A DNA stretch of 64,000 bases from Azolla caroliniana. Taxonomy: Eukaryota; Plantae; Polypodiophyta. This document shows, one piece after another, positions 27,901-41,034 of the stretch (position 1 is the first letter of the stretch; the number at the start of each line of letters is the position of its first letter). The stretch lies in contig JBHGNT010000005.1 of assembly GCA_043228905.1 (NCBI GenBank), positions 2,666,001 through 2,730,000 of the forward strand. Direction: 5' to 3'. The translations under genes were made by a program, and so were the position numbers. The notes beneath the pieces are model-generated. The model was given only the letters and a program-made list of their open reading frames with translations. It was not told the DNA's origin and did not search any database.

Positions 27901-29443
27901 TCTTATAGTACGTACCAGTTAATACCAGCATTCACTCAACAAATTGTTGACCCTTTACCTGATTAGTCGTAATCCAAACCTAATATTTTCAGGATTCGAA
28001 GTGACATTTGATTTGAACAAATACAGATCGGAGGTAATCCCTATATATTCTCACGATTTCAAATGCAATTTGATATAAACATCATGAATATCCAATCTTT
28101 TATGACTGGATTGGTTGCACCAAAATTAGAATTTGGAACAGTGGCAGAGTTAGCAAAATAAAGAAGTTAGGAAAACGCTGCGTTGTAATCATTACGAATG
28201 CTGATGTTGTTGGTGGCAGTGCCTAAATATGATGGATTAGTGTATGTGTCATATGAATAAGAGTGTAAAAACTCAACACGTCACTTACGAACAAGTTTTA
28301 AAATGGGAAGGCTCGATATCATGGAATATCCTATAAAAGGTACCTGAACATAGATAAATTAGCATAATTATGTCATAAAGCTAATGAAATTCATAGATAC
28401 ATATCATGTTAATGTTTGTAAGGAAAAGCACCAACAATATATGTATCTAGTGTAAAATTACATATTTAAGTTTACACCGTGGTAATTACTGTCCACATTT
28501 TTTTATTAACCTATATTTTTTACTGAAATAAACCAATAAGTATTGGAATAGAACAGGTTTAATAGTTAAAACTAAAAGGATTAAAATTAAACCTGAACTT
28601 TAGAGTCGTAGAATATTCAATAAAGGTTTTTCTATAAATTAATTTTAATTTTTTTTTTCCAAAAGTAATTTCTAACTAGCAGTTTTAGTAAAGAAAAACG
28701 ATTTAAGAACATATAGCATTATTATGCGATATTATTTTTTGTGTTGTATAAAAAAATATATAATATATTATTATACACACTTCATAGTTCATATATACAT
28801 ACATTTGTATGCGGGATGTATATATATATATATATGAGTCATGACATGGAAAATAGAACTCTAGCATGTCATTTGACATATATAAAATTTAGGGACCCTG
28901 TACATGAAAATGGAAATTTAAACTTTGTCACTCGACAGACATTTTCATTGGGTGTATGTTTTTGACGGACAAAATGGCCTTTGACGGGCATGACACCCAT
29001 CAAATATTTGCTCTGGTTGGTGCTACAAGCCCAAGTTATTCACTTTGCAAAGACTAAATTCAAGGTCTGTTCGATGATGGTCCCACTGTTACAGCAGTTA
29101 GAAAATTGTAATTTTCGAATGGATATATTAAAAATGAAAACCAACGAAAAAATAGAAAATTTAATTTTCGATTGGATTTATTAGAATAGATAAAGGAAAT
29201 ATAAAAGAAAATTCATTATCTTATTTCAAGTTTAACGTGGTATTAAAACCCTCTCTTATCCAAATATCTCACACAAGCTAACGTAAAAAAATCATAATTC
29301 TGTTACCCAAAATTTTAAACTAATGCTACCATAAGTAATCAATATGTTAAATGTTGGTTCGTTGAAACAATATTTTACAATCGCTCTCTGTTTTGCAGTA
29401 TTTCCAATGGAAATGGAAATGATATTCTGTGAGCGGTTGATAA

Positions 29444-32425
29444 CTAAGCTGAAAATTTTATCCCTTCATCATCCTCAGATGTGCCTTTGAAAATAGTGGC
29501 CTTCCCTCGCTGCTCGAGAATCTTTAGAGCTTGAAATAGCACCGATCGATCAATTCCAGCCAAATCTGCGATTAAAACCACACTTGTCATCTATACATGA
29601 GTTTCCTGCCAAATCTTGTTTTTGTTTTAATGGTGCACTAGAGATATTCTTGGATAATGAAGCATCTCTTTGTGGATTCACTGACACTCAGATTGAAGGC
29701 TTACAAAGATGAGGCAATAACCATATCATAAACCTATCAATTGTTTGTTACAGAAGACGAATTAATCATTAATCTATTGAATTTATGCAATTAAATGGTA
29801 AACCTAAATCTATGCTAATTTTTCTTGTTCAATGGGTCAACTGTACACAATAGTAGAACTGAGCTCAGGAGTACCTGTTCCTCGAGTGTCATCACCGAAT
29901 CGAATTTCTTCAATGGTCATCACACCATCCTCCATTCCATGTTCTCGTACCTGGTGGTGATAAGTGATGCTTATAAGTCACAATTATTTATCTCCTAACT
30001 AATGACAAATTTAAAAAAATCTAAATATAATATATGCATATACATGTAGTTAATAGGTATATAATTTATCCTTGCAAAAAACCTATCTAAAACGAGGGTA
30101 ATGTATCTGAAACTTTGTGCTTATGAATAGAATTCAGAAACAGCTCGGTTCAAACCTAAAACGAGCCGTTAAACCATTTTTTAATGGTTTGGCAGTTCGG
30201 GTTAGGCTTGAGCTTGTAGACCAGTTTGAGCTCGGTTTTTTCAATGCTTGAGCTGAACCGAACCGGATAGGGTCAAACCAGTTTAGGAAGCAGTTTGGTT
30301 CAAGTTTGAAATTGTCCAAACCAGTTAAGCTTAAACGGTTTGGGATGGACAAGGACAAACGGGTTAAGCCGAAACTGAGATTTTGGCCATAAAGCAAGTT
30401 CTTGAAGATGGGAACAGATGTTGTCGCCATGTGGTGGGATGTGATAAAATTGGATTTAGTTTTTTCTTCATAAAATTGATGACAGGGAGATTTTAGAGGA
30501 CCTTATGAAGTTTGGGAAAGGTCTTGCATACAAAAAAGTAGACACAGTACTAATGGCCATCGGTGAAACTTCCTTTGATATGGTCAATTTATCCACCTTT
30601 TTTCAGTTATATGGGCTATTTCAGCATTGATTGTCGACCAAGCTTGTGAGGGAGAATAACAAAAACAAAGGAATTTGACAAACAACAAAAAGCTTGGGGG
30701 TATATTAGGAAATGTCCTCCACAAAACCATGATATGTGAGCACTTCATAGATTATTGGTTTTCAATGCCATCACTCCATGTACCTTATTTGCAATGATAA
30801 CGTAGACACAAGAGGGTATAAATGGCTACGCGGCTGAGTAACCAATTCTATACTATATGCTTTGATAACATACAAGTCACTGACATAAAAGAAGTTAGAG
30901 AAATTGACAGATATATTTATGCTACAGAAAGATGCAATCTAGGCTGTCATTCCAACCCATTGTATTAGTGGTTTCCTGTATTTGTTAGCAGTTAGATCAT
31001 GCTCATAGTTCTAAAAAGTAAAATCCCTATGTATGCTGCCCCCAAATACCCCTATGTATGCATTATATCCTGTAATGCCATTCATCAACCCCATCTGGAG
31101 ATCAACTCTATGGTCACTTCATCCTCTTGCGTATCTGGGGGGGGGTTGTCCTGGGCATTTGGAGAAATAACAAAAATCTAAGGGTATTTCAGAGCTTTCC
31201 CATATGATCAACTTACAAATTTAAGGATTAGATCGGCCCAATCTTGAATTTTCCGCCAATGGATCATGCATTTTGTGCGTCCTTTATCTAGCCATTCAGC
31301 TCGCCCTTCAAAAAACACCAACTCTAAAATCACATACTAGAAACAGTGGAATATGAGACTTCAAGTGGTAAAGGTATTTAAACAGAAACATGCGGATAGG
31401 TCTAGTAGGAAGCATCTATACCGTGTTCATATCAATACAAGGAAATATACACATAAAAAGCATACAATCATGCCCATTTAGATGTTTGCAAGTAAAGTTA
31501 AATACCTTCCTTTACCAGGGCACCCAGAAAAAGCTCTCTCGCTTCATGGCTTAATTTCCCTGCTTATGAATAATGTACAAGGAGAATTGGAATTAAAGAA
31601 AGATTTCAAAGAGTTAAAGGACCAAAGAATGAAACGTTACTATCAATGGAAGAATTTATTGTAAAGGCAAGATCAAAAGAATAGTTGAACAACATGAAGC
31701 GTGGCAAGACAACTTGTTTACCGTCAATGAAAGAACTGGAAAAGAATACAAAAGAGTATAGAGAGGATTTTAAGCAAAACAAAAATCAAAGTGAGATTTT
31801 TAAACAGAACACATAGCAAATTGAAAATTTTAAGAAAAACACATAGCGAATTAAGAAATTTAAATAAAACAAAGAGTAAAGAGTGTAGAAGCCTTAGTTT
31901 ATTTCAATAAAACTTCAAAGAGAGATAATTAAATAAGAAGAAAGAGAAAAGACACCAACAGAACTTTATATCAAATGCAAGGGCACAGAGAGAATTACAG
32001 AAAACATGATAAGAAGATATGAAACGAAGATAGACAAGAAATACCTTTACTGTCAATGGCAGATCAAGGGAAGAATTAAATAGGAGGGAGAGAGAGACAT
32101 ATAAAGAAGCTTACTATCAATGGAAGTGTTGACAAAGAGGGGAATGTCATCTTCAAGATCGATGCGGAAGACCTTGTGATGTTTGCAGTACTTTAGAATG
32201 AGCTCCTTCCATAGCTCTATTTGTTTCTCTCTCGTATCCTTGACAGGTTGAAGCCTGGACAAAATAATTATATAATATAACTACGATCGATCTGAATTTA
32301 CATGTAATTACGAGACGCAAACCTTTGAAACAGGAGAGATAGATGTGTAAGAAAACGATGATGATGACTTACGTGAAATAGGGTGGATACGTGAAGAAAT
32401 AAGGCCACTTGAAGTCCTCCTCCAT
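29444..32425 (-). CDS. VPS25: ESCRT-II subunit VPS25; 6 exons (32425-32373, 32254-32115, 31559-31506, 31305-31217, 29950-29875, 29565-29444), about 177 aa
   Basis: Signature FFTYPPYFTLQP..DTREKQIELW, RKLSHEARE, GRAEWLDKG, WRKIQDWA, VMTIEEIR, DDEGIKFS*. GT-AG introns in phase. A probable 5' UTR intron has its acceptor near 32488. Confidence 0.95.
30128..30385. mobile_element. Degenerate MITE in VPS25 intron 4, related to 59527-59806
   Basis: Colinear similarity to the 59.5-kb element (CTCGG..AAACC..TTTGGCAGTTCGG..GGTTAAGC); ends eroded. Confidence 0.65.
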
Positions 32426-33411
32426 AGCTTTACAGATGCATCCTAGAGGTTTCTCAGATTCGAACTCCTGGCTTAGAAAACTATATGTCTGCAAAAACAC
32501 AGCGAGAGAGAGAGAGAGAGAGAAAGAAAGAAAGATATATTAACGTCTTTTAAGAGGCCAAAATGGCCTATAAGACAAAATAAGAGAGAGAGATGCATAA
32601 AAGAGCTCCTTCCTATAGAAAGAATAAGAAGAAGAAAGACATTTTCACTAAATTCACAAAATACCCCTCCGTTCTCCCAATCCTCAACACACCCACACAC
32701 ACCCGGCATTGAGCACATTTTATCGCATGTGAAGAAACAATTGATATGAGTAAAATTACTCAAATACTTATTTGTTTCACGTTATAGGAATGTACAATTG
32801 CTTATTTGCAAATTTATCAATACATGTTTGGGGTTCATAACTTAAGATTACTGATTTACTTGCATATTTTATTCATCTAACATGTACGTATTTATGTTAC
32901 CTAAGGTTAAGAATTCAAACAACATGATGAACAGAACTCAAAACACCACATAGTTCAGTTTATAGCCTTTGTAAGCTTTATACAAGCTATTGCTCATTGG
33001 GAGTGCAAGAAACAACTTTATGTTTGACAAGATTCATGTGTGGAATTAGCTAAATTGTTAGCATGCCTTCCTTGTCTACCCACATTTAATGTGATAGAAA
33101 AGCAACAAAGCAGCTGAAATCATGCAGAAATTTCAGCTATATTAGAGACAAGTATTCCAAAAGAGATATTACATTACATTAAATCATGCATAGCATAATG
33201 ATATGTAAACTTAAGTGCTTGCATGGAAAAGAACCATATGCAACCCCTGCAAAGGAATTTACATGTTTGTATCTTCTTTTACATGAATGGAAATGCATTT
33301 GGAACATGGTGCTCATCTTCGTACACGAAGGGCATTTCTACTTTGGCAAATAGTCACAATCTTATCTTCTGCTATACGAACCATTTGATTGGGCTTGGTA
33401 GTTGAATTCTA

Positions 33412-35901
33412 TCAACCAGTATTCTTATGTAGGCCTGTTAATGATTGTCCAAGTGTTTGTGCAATGGCCATCGACATATTTTCTCCTTCCTTCTTATGAG
33501 GGAACAACTCGGGAGGAAAATGCTGGCTCAGCCATAAATACAATGAAATCAATTTATACTTATCTTCGAGATCCATAAGTTGAAAATCGATCTCTGAAGA
33601 ACTTGACGGTCTCCCTATCAATAGTTGAAGTGGGATCCTCTTACTATATGATCTAGCATACTGAAGAAGAGCTCCTACAGATTTTGGGTCTCTTGCACTC
33701 ACTGGCGAGAAGCAAAAAGTGAACCTTTCTTCTAATGTTAAGTTCTCCACTGTATCGATTACAGATGCTATTTTCATTAGTTCTTTATTTTTGCAAAGAA
33801 AATAGAATGCGTCTACCCGACTAGTTTCTATAAATTTTTCTAATAACTCTGAGAATTTCGCATTCGGCATATGATTAGCAAAAATCTGGAGTTGTTCACA
33901 TGAAGGAAAAAGACCAGCATTACATGCATCAATAAAGGGTTGCGCTAAGCACAATTGTAGATGAGGTAGATCTGAAAGATGAAATGTGGTCACAAGTCCT
34001 TCTGGATAAAGGCTTCCTCGCCGCCCTGCTCTTCCAGCAATTTGCTTAATCAACAATGTAGGTATATTATTCATCAACTCTCCATTGAATTTCTCGAGAG
34101 TATGAAATACTACTCTCCGGATGTTCAAATTAAGACCCATTCCGATTGCATCACTTGCAACCAATATATCATAACCACTTCCGGGTTCATTGAATAGTTT
34201 GGCTTGTTGTGCTCTTGTCTCTGGTGGTAAGGCTCCATAAACTACACAACATGGCTTTTGCGTGGCTCTTTCCACCGCTCTTTTGATCTCAAAAATGTCT
34301 CTTCGAGAAAAGGCAACGATGCAATCACCTGGCTCAACATTATTAAAGCTGCCATTCAAAGTATTTGTATCCACCCCTAACGGTTTAAATCGCTCATATG
34401 AACACTCACTCAATTCATCTCCTGTGGCTAAACAAATGTTTCTTACTACACCCAATGCACTAGGATCGCCACACAAGTGTATTTCCTCAGCTTGTAAGCC
34501 TAATAATGCTCGGGTCCATGCCCACCCTCTATTTTCATCATTCAATAGTTGCACTTCATCGATCACCGCAACTTTCCAAACATTTTGTATTGATGCCATT
34601 TCTACTGTACATGAAACATGGTTTGCAGAGGGCATTTCTTTCCTCTCTTGCCCTGTAATAAGACTACAAAGAACTCCTTTACTATTCGCATAATCATATA
34701 CCTCCATAGCTAGAAGCCTTAGAGGGCTACAATAGATACCACTTGGCTCACATAGAAACCTTTGCAAGGCATTATAGGTCTTCCCACTATTTGTTGGTCC
34801 ATAATGATAGATAATCTTGCGCTTGATTGACCGAGCATATGGAAACACTGAATGTGGCTTAGTCATATTGGCTGATTCTAAAAGATCTGTAAATCTTCTT
34901 ATTTCCTCGGGAAACTTCTCCTCACAGAATGCAACAAACATAGGAAATATGACTTTCTGTCTTATTTCTGAAGTATCCATACCTTGCAACTCTTTCTGCA
35001 TTTCTAACGAAAATTTCTCAAGGAAATACATCTGAAAGGCAGGGGTGGCAAATGGAAAGAACTTTTCATTCACCAAAATTTCATCCTCCAAATCCTCATT
35101 AGACTCAAAACATCCCTTTAGAAATGACATAATGTCATCTTTCTCAGAGCTCTGCTTTGGTGAATAGTGCATTGCTGACGCATTCACTGAGGAATCTTTA
35201 TTATTACCATTACATGAGAAAAATCCAATCTTCTCTGCCATTCCAACTTCATTTTCCCTTTCCCTTTCCCTTTCCTTGCCATTTCCATTAAGAAGCCATG
35301 GTGAGGCGCTGTCTTCCTTAGCATTTTCATTAAAAAACGGTGGTGGATTACATGAAAAGGAACCACTTTCATTACCATTTTCGTTACTATCTGATAATGG
35401 CTTACATGAGGTGACATTCTTTCCCATACCATTATTTCCACTTGGAATACATGGTTTATCCCATGGAAAGCCATCATCTTTTTTACCTTTACTTTCATGA
35501 AGCGTCAATGGAGGTTCACAGGACAATACATCATTTTCCTTACCACTGGTTCCACGAAGATTCCACGGCTTCTCACGTGAAAAGGAAACACTTCCACCAT
35601 TAGCTGAGGCATTGTTTCGCTCTAAAACTCTCCTGTTCAGAAGGCTTCTCAGAGTTTTACCGCTTATACTGATTGCCAGAGAGGAAGCATGAACAGTGGC
35701 ATCTTCATCTTCAATCCATGACGATGAATTAAAACTGGAATAAAAGCATAAGGTACGAACTTGTAAATAAGCTTGATAGATACTGCGAAAACCATGGCTT
35801 GAGCTGTGGCAAGAACCTAAATCAATCAGAGAATATACCGGGCTTTGATTTCTGTATTGTTTTACTATATGTAAGGTCTTGGAAACCCTAAATTTGAGCA
35901 T
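33412..35901 (-). CDS. SUV3: Mitochondrial SUV3-family ATP-dependent RNA helicase (long DExH18-like form), single coding exon, 829 aa
   Basis: Walker A GPTNSGKT, SPLRLLAMEV, SCTVEM, VAVIDEVQ, RGWAWTRALLGL.AEEIHLCGD, VYGALPPETR, ASDAIGMGLNL, KQIAGRAGR; basic N-terminal presequence-like region. Confidence 0.95.
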   Translation of the reverse strand: MLKFRVSKTLHIVKQYRNQSPVYSLIDLGSCHSSSHGFRSIYQAYLQVRTLCFYSSFNSSSWIEDEDATVHASSLAISISGKTLRSLLNRRVLERNNASANGGSVSFSREKPWNLRGTSGKENDVLSCEPPLTLHESKGKKDDGFPWDKPCIPSGNNGMGKNVTSCKPLSDSNENGNESGSFSCNPPPFFNENAKEDSASPWLLNGNGKERERERENEVGMAEKIGFFSCNGNNKDSSVNASAMHYSPKQSSEKDDIMSFLKGCFESNEDLEDEILVNEKFFPFATPAFQMYFLEKFSLEMQKELQGMDTSEIRQKVIFPMFVAFCEEKFPEEIRRFTDLLESANMTKPHSVFPYARSIKRKIIYHYGPTNSGKTYNALQRFLCEPSGIYCSPLRLLAMEVYDYANSKGVLCSLITGQERKEMPSANHVSCTVEMASIQNVWKVAVIDEVQLLNDENRGWAWTRALLGLQAEEIHLCGDPSALGVVRNICLATGDELSECSYERFKPLGVDTNTLNGSFNNVEPGDCIVAFSRRDIFEIKRAVERATQKPCCVVYGALPPETRAQQAKLFNEPGSGYDILVASDAIGMGLNLNIRRVVFHTLEKFNGELMNNIPTLLIKQIAGRAGRRGSLYPEGLVTTFHLSDLPHLQLCLAQPFIDACNAGLFPSCEQLQIFANHMPNAKFSELLEKFIETSRVDAFYFLCKNKELMKIASVIDTVENLTLEERFTFCFSPVSARDPKSVGALLQYARSYSKRIPLQLLIGRPSSSSEIDFQLMDLEDKYKLISLYLWLSQHFPPELFPHKKEGENMSMAIAQTLGQSLTGLHKNTG

Positions 35902-37047
35902 GATGCAGAGCTACTGACGTCTGCGCCATGTCTTGCCAGAGCTTTTCATAATCTCTCTGGATGCCCCTACAATTTTCATGATTTACACATTGCTCCAATT
36001 AGAGAAAACAAACACGGTGAATCGTTAAAAGGTATTCTGGAGATTTTTATGACTTGTTGTTCATGTCTTGGTTTTTTCAAAGTTGATGTAGTGTAAAACT
36101 CATTGGTACATCAGAAGATGCGGGCCACTTCTTCTCTAGACAAAGGGGTTGTTGGCACAAATATAAAAAATCCATGCCCTTTGATAGACATTACTCTGCC
36201 ATGAAAATTTGGGGAAATTCCCTAATGACATAGAATTTGGGCATGGAAGTCCATAATAGAGTGGCACGAATCGATTGGCTTGCAGGATATATATTGAGAT
36301 GAAAATCCATGGTAATGTAGGAGAAAATAAGTTGTTACAAAAAATAAATCCAATCTGCCTCATTAGTGCAAGTTACATAAGACATAATGCATGTTATCCT
36401 AGCACCCATCCTCAAATCACTTCAGTTATTTGTAACTAAGGACAGCCGTACTTGCCTTGACCAGCATTCATAAACATCTTCATGTTCTTTCATCTTGTTT
36501 TGAGTTGTTTTCAATTCTCAATCACAGGTAAAAATCTCTATGGTTTTGCGTGGGTAAAGCATTTTGCCATAATGGTTGGTAATCACCACATTTTTTGTCT
36601 TGGTTTGTAAGTGTTGTAGTCATACGCTATTTTGTTGTTATATGAGTGGTTTTCTTCATCTAACGCTCTTATTGTGTGATACCACTTTCTTCAAAAACCA
36701 TACAAATAATTAACATTGCCAGAAATACCATATTGAAATAACACTGATGATGAAACTGCATCTTGCACAACAAAAAGGCAATCATTAACGAACCCATATG
36801 AGATATATTGTAATCAAGGCAAAAACCTCATCAACACTCTCCTATACATCGCTGGCAAGCTTGATGCAGAGATTACCAAATACTCCCAGCCCAACTAGGC
36901 CACATAAAACAAGATAAATTTGTTTTTTCTTTCTAAATGAGTATTTAGATGTACCCTGCTTAAGGTCAAAATTGAATACAACAAAACAAAATAACAACTT
37001 GAAGCATACAACATCATAGCAGTGGATGGAATTGAGGAAACCATATA

Positions 37048-40000
37048 TTAGTCATCCTCATCAACAAACATTGAAGCCATCCTTAAAGCTAAGCTTGCTG
37101 CCATTTCTCTCCTCTGAAGATCTGACATCATGCGCCCCGTATCCCGCATTCGAGCCATTTCCGACATTAACCCTTCAAAGTCATTGAAAGAATGGTCTTG
37201 GTTTCTCCGCCCATGTTCATACACCCTTTCACGGCCTTCCAAATCTCTATTACGATTCTCACTTACTTGACCTCCGGAATACATTTCGGGAACAGATTCA
37301 TTATCCATTTGAAGATTGTTAATAACTACTGTGTCTTCATACACTCTTTCATGGCCTTCCAAATCTCTATTATGATTATCACTTACTTGGCCTCCGGAAT
37401 ACCTTTCGAGAACAGATTCATTATCCATTTGAAGATTGTTAATAACTACCGTGCCTTCCGATGCTGTCATCAAGTCTTCTTCTTTGACATGTAGAACTGC
37501 ACCCGACACGTCAGGCCGTGTAACATTAGAAGATTCAAGACTCGTCGAAGTAGTAGTAGCATCGTTATCTATTTCATTCGATCTTTCATTTGATAGATTG
37601 TTGCTCACTACTTGCTCTTGAATCTCCACAGACGCACTTTCATAGAAGCTCCAAGGGCCCTCATCATTGTCCCAAAGGTCTATTGAGCCATTTGAGAGGC
37701 GCTCATATTCAATAACAATGGAACCTTCTTCACTACTTTCTTCTGTAAATGTAGATATTAAAATAAATAGATTAGGAATGTGTTGGAGGGAGACGCACAA
37801 TTTGAAAACTTGAGTGAAAGAGAGGAACCTTCAGCATTAGGTGGAGATAGTGTGCCTTCCTCGGATTTTAGAATCATTCCTGGCCACATGTGCACTGAAA
37901 GGGCACCCCAAATTCGGCTCAATCCTTGGGAATCTCCATCAAGTGACATACCTGCCATCACTCATAATAGAAATTGAAGTAAGATACCCTCCATGATATC
38001 TGGACTTTCACATAATTGAACTAGCAAAGTGCTAAAACAAATAAGCAAAAATTGAAGCACAATAAGTCCTAAATCTATTTTGGACTTCAAGAAGCTTCTG
38101 TGTTATAAATGAATGATTAATATATTTTCAGACGTTGCCAAAATGAATTGAAAATAAGGTGCAAAATCTCCAACAAAATATAGAGCTACATACATTGATC
38201 AAAGAGGAGATCAACAGCACAAGCCTCCAGATACTCGATGCCATGTTCCATGCACCATTCTACACGCTGGCTTCTCATATCATCCACAGGGTCTCCATCA
38301 TCTTGTAGCAAACTGCTTCCATCGCTTTGTTGGATACCAAAATCCGAGAATTCAGGATGTGGGTCACTCGATGATTCTCCTCGTTTTCGAAGCCTCCGTC
38401 GGTACTCCGAATGCCCAAAATGTCCGGGTAACCTATCCGCCTTATTTCCCACACAAAGTAATACCTCAGGTTGCGTGAGATCCATCTTCAACACCCACTC
38501 TTGTATTTTCTTAAATGTTGAAGCCTGATACACCATTTATAATTTTTCAAAAGTGGAATGTCGATCATTGAACTCCTTGAATCAAATATGTACACAAACA
38601 TTATTTTTTTTGAGTTTAGTGTATCAACGATAGGGAATGTATGGTTGCCAAAAGTACTCCTAAGTTGTTTCTATAAAACAAATAAAATTAGCCAGAAAAT
38701 ATCCCAAGTTCTTTGAGATTTTACTGGAATGGCTGCAACTTTCCCAAACACACCAAAATATTGTAAACACGTTATGGGTATTTTGGTATTTCGCCCTAAA
38801 ATATATTTTGTTCATGCAACCTTAACTAATAAAAAAGAGCTCCAAATGACCAAATATAGTGTGCACTAAATGTTTGGACAATATAACACTTTTAGGATCA
38901 AAAGAAGAAATAAAACTAAGCCTCTGGTATGTTCTGACATTATACATGTAGGAATGCTTTTTCAAAATTATATTTCCAGCAATGTCAGATTTTTCTATCA
39001 AGATTTCCTTAAATCCATCCAGTATTGCGCAATGACATTATAATAACAATATGTACCAGGTACAATATTTATCAAAGAATGGTATTTTGAAAATTGTTTC
39101 AGATATACCATTACTTGAATGAAATAGGAATTTCCCAAATAAGATATGAATGAACATTAAGTAGAATACTTACATCACTAAGGTCGAAAATGAGAAGGAG
39201 CGCTTGGCAATTAGCAGATTGAATATATTCTTTGACATTTTCATTTGATTCATCATCAGTAAAACTAGCGGTGGATATGCACACATCCACTGTGTAATAC
39301 TTTGTATCAATGGTCCAACTGCCAAAATGAAGAGGTTAGTAAGAAATTCAAATGTTTTCAATAATCACAGATCAAGCAAACAAAACAAATAGTTTACATG
39401 GACATCAAATGAATGATTTAATACCCATGACATAATAGTCCAGAATTAGAGAATGGCAATCCTCTTGACTTTCCCATTGCAAGTAATCCTGTCAGAAACA
39501 GTTGCAAAACCTTCATGGATTTAACGTAAGGAACTTCCAAATGAAATAACGCAACTACTACCTAATCAAACAGAAAGAATGGGACAAATTTTCAGAAGTC
39601 AGAAAGAAATTATTGTACCACACTTTCAAATGAAAAGAAATCACAACATCTTTCACATCATATAGACAATTTACAAATAAGTAAACAATCAACCAGCAAC
39701 AATGATTGCAGAAGAAAAAAAAAACCTTCTCCAAAAGAGCAAAATTGAAAGACTTCGGAACAAATTTCAATTCATATCAAACATATACGAATAAGAACTC
39801 AATTAACCAACCACATGCACATATAAAACTAATACTTCTTCTAAACATTAAAATCAAAAGACTTAGGAACGACATTCACATCATATAGAAAATGTATGAT
39901 ATTAGAAAACACACATAAAAACTAACTCTTCTACTATAGCAAAAAATCAAAACGCCTTACATAAAAACTAAGAGCTATCTTGAGATTAAAAAAATTAAGT

Positions 40001-40421
40001 GAAAGAGTTTAATTAAATAGACCTAGCATAATAGGATGAAAGAAATGAATGTTTTTTTCTTCCAAAAATTTATTTGCAAATGAAAACCATTAAGACGAGA
40101 AAAAAAGAGATAAAAAAACAAACATCTCTTAAGGTATAGGGTAAAGGAGAAAGAACATGAACAAATAATGTCTAATGTTGGTGAAACATGATAAAAGAAA
40201 GAAAGACTTGATAAAAGCATCACGAACACATTTGATATATCCAAAACAGCGTTGAAATTTGAGGAATAAGAAGAAGAATGATTACTTTGAAGAATAGTCC
40301 GTTTTCCAACATTAGGGGGACCGATCAGAAGAATTCTCGACCAATTCTGGCTAAGAGGCGTCAAATCCTCTGCTTCTGCTTCTGCGTCTGCATCTGCATC
40401 CACCGGAATTTGAATACCCAT
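37048..40421 (-). CDS. AAGAB/p34 (alpha- and gamma-adaptin-binding, Irc6-like pseudo-GTPase) homolog; 6 exons (40421-40286, 39488-39425, 39318-39174, 38524-38194, 37951-37829, 37742-37048), about 497 aa
   Basis: P-loop-like LLIGPPNVGKRTIL, GWTIDTKYY, LLCVGNK.D, WC.EHGIEY.EAC, G..RIWGALSVHMWPG and C-terminal FEGLMSEM..MRD..MSD.QRREMAA.LA. All junctions GT-AG and in phase. Confidence 0.88.
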
Positions 40422-40484
40422 CCTCGCTTATAATAGCGAATAGAATAGAACCGAACAGAGAGATCTACCAGAGAAGATGAAGGG

Positions 40485-40528
<44 letters not shown>

Positions 40529-41034
40529 TTTCGTCTTCAGTCGTGTGTGTAAGTAAGTAAGTTGTGGCATTATTATTGTTGGCTTCTAAGTTCTGAGGTT
40601 TGAGTGTACATACATACATACATACATACATACACTATTTTGGACCATGGCCCTGGCCTTAATACAAAGACCAGAAAACACTTAACATTCGCAAGGTTCC
40701 CAATCTATGTACATTTGGGCATGATATTGTTCTTCCAATCTTACACTAATCACACACGATTCATGGAAAGATTAAGGGAAAGAATGGATTAAGGGTGCCG
40801 CACTTCACCATACTGACCGACCGCCCCTGAGCCATGACCAGGACACGAAAATAAACGAATCCCATTAGTGTCTCCTACCACCAATCATGTTATACCTCAA
40901 GAGTCAACCGATTACAACATCTTTAGATGTCGTCATTATATGACTAAACTCCTTTGGCACTCCGACCATCACATGTCCTAGATCTCGATAGGGTTGTTCC
41001 AAGTCCAAGGAAAACCAATTTTCTACTTATCCTT

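Noticed and set aside
27061-28345. Long ORF under an alternative genetic code or organellar U-to-C editing
   Set aside because: All three stop types occur in the frames I translated at about the density expected for AT-rich DNA, and read-through gives no recognisable motif.
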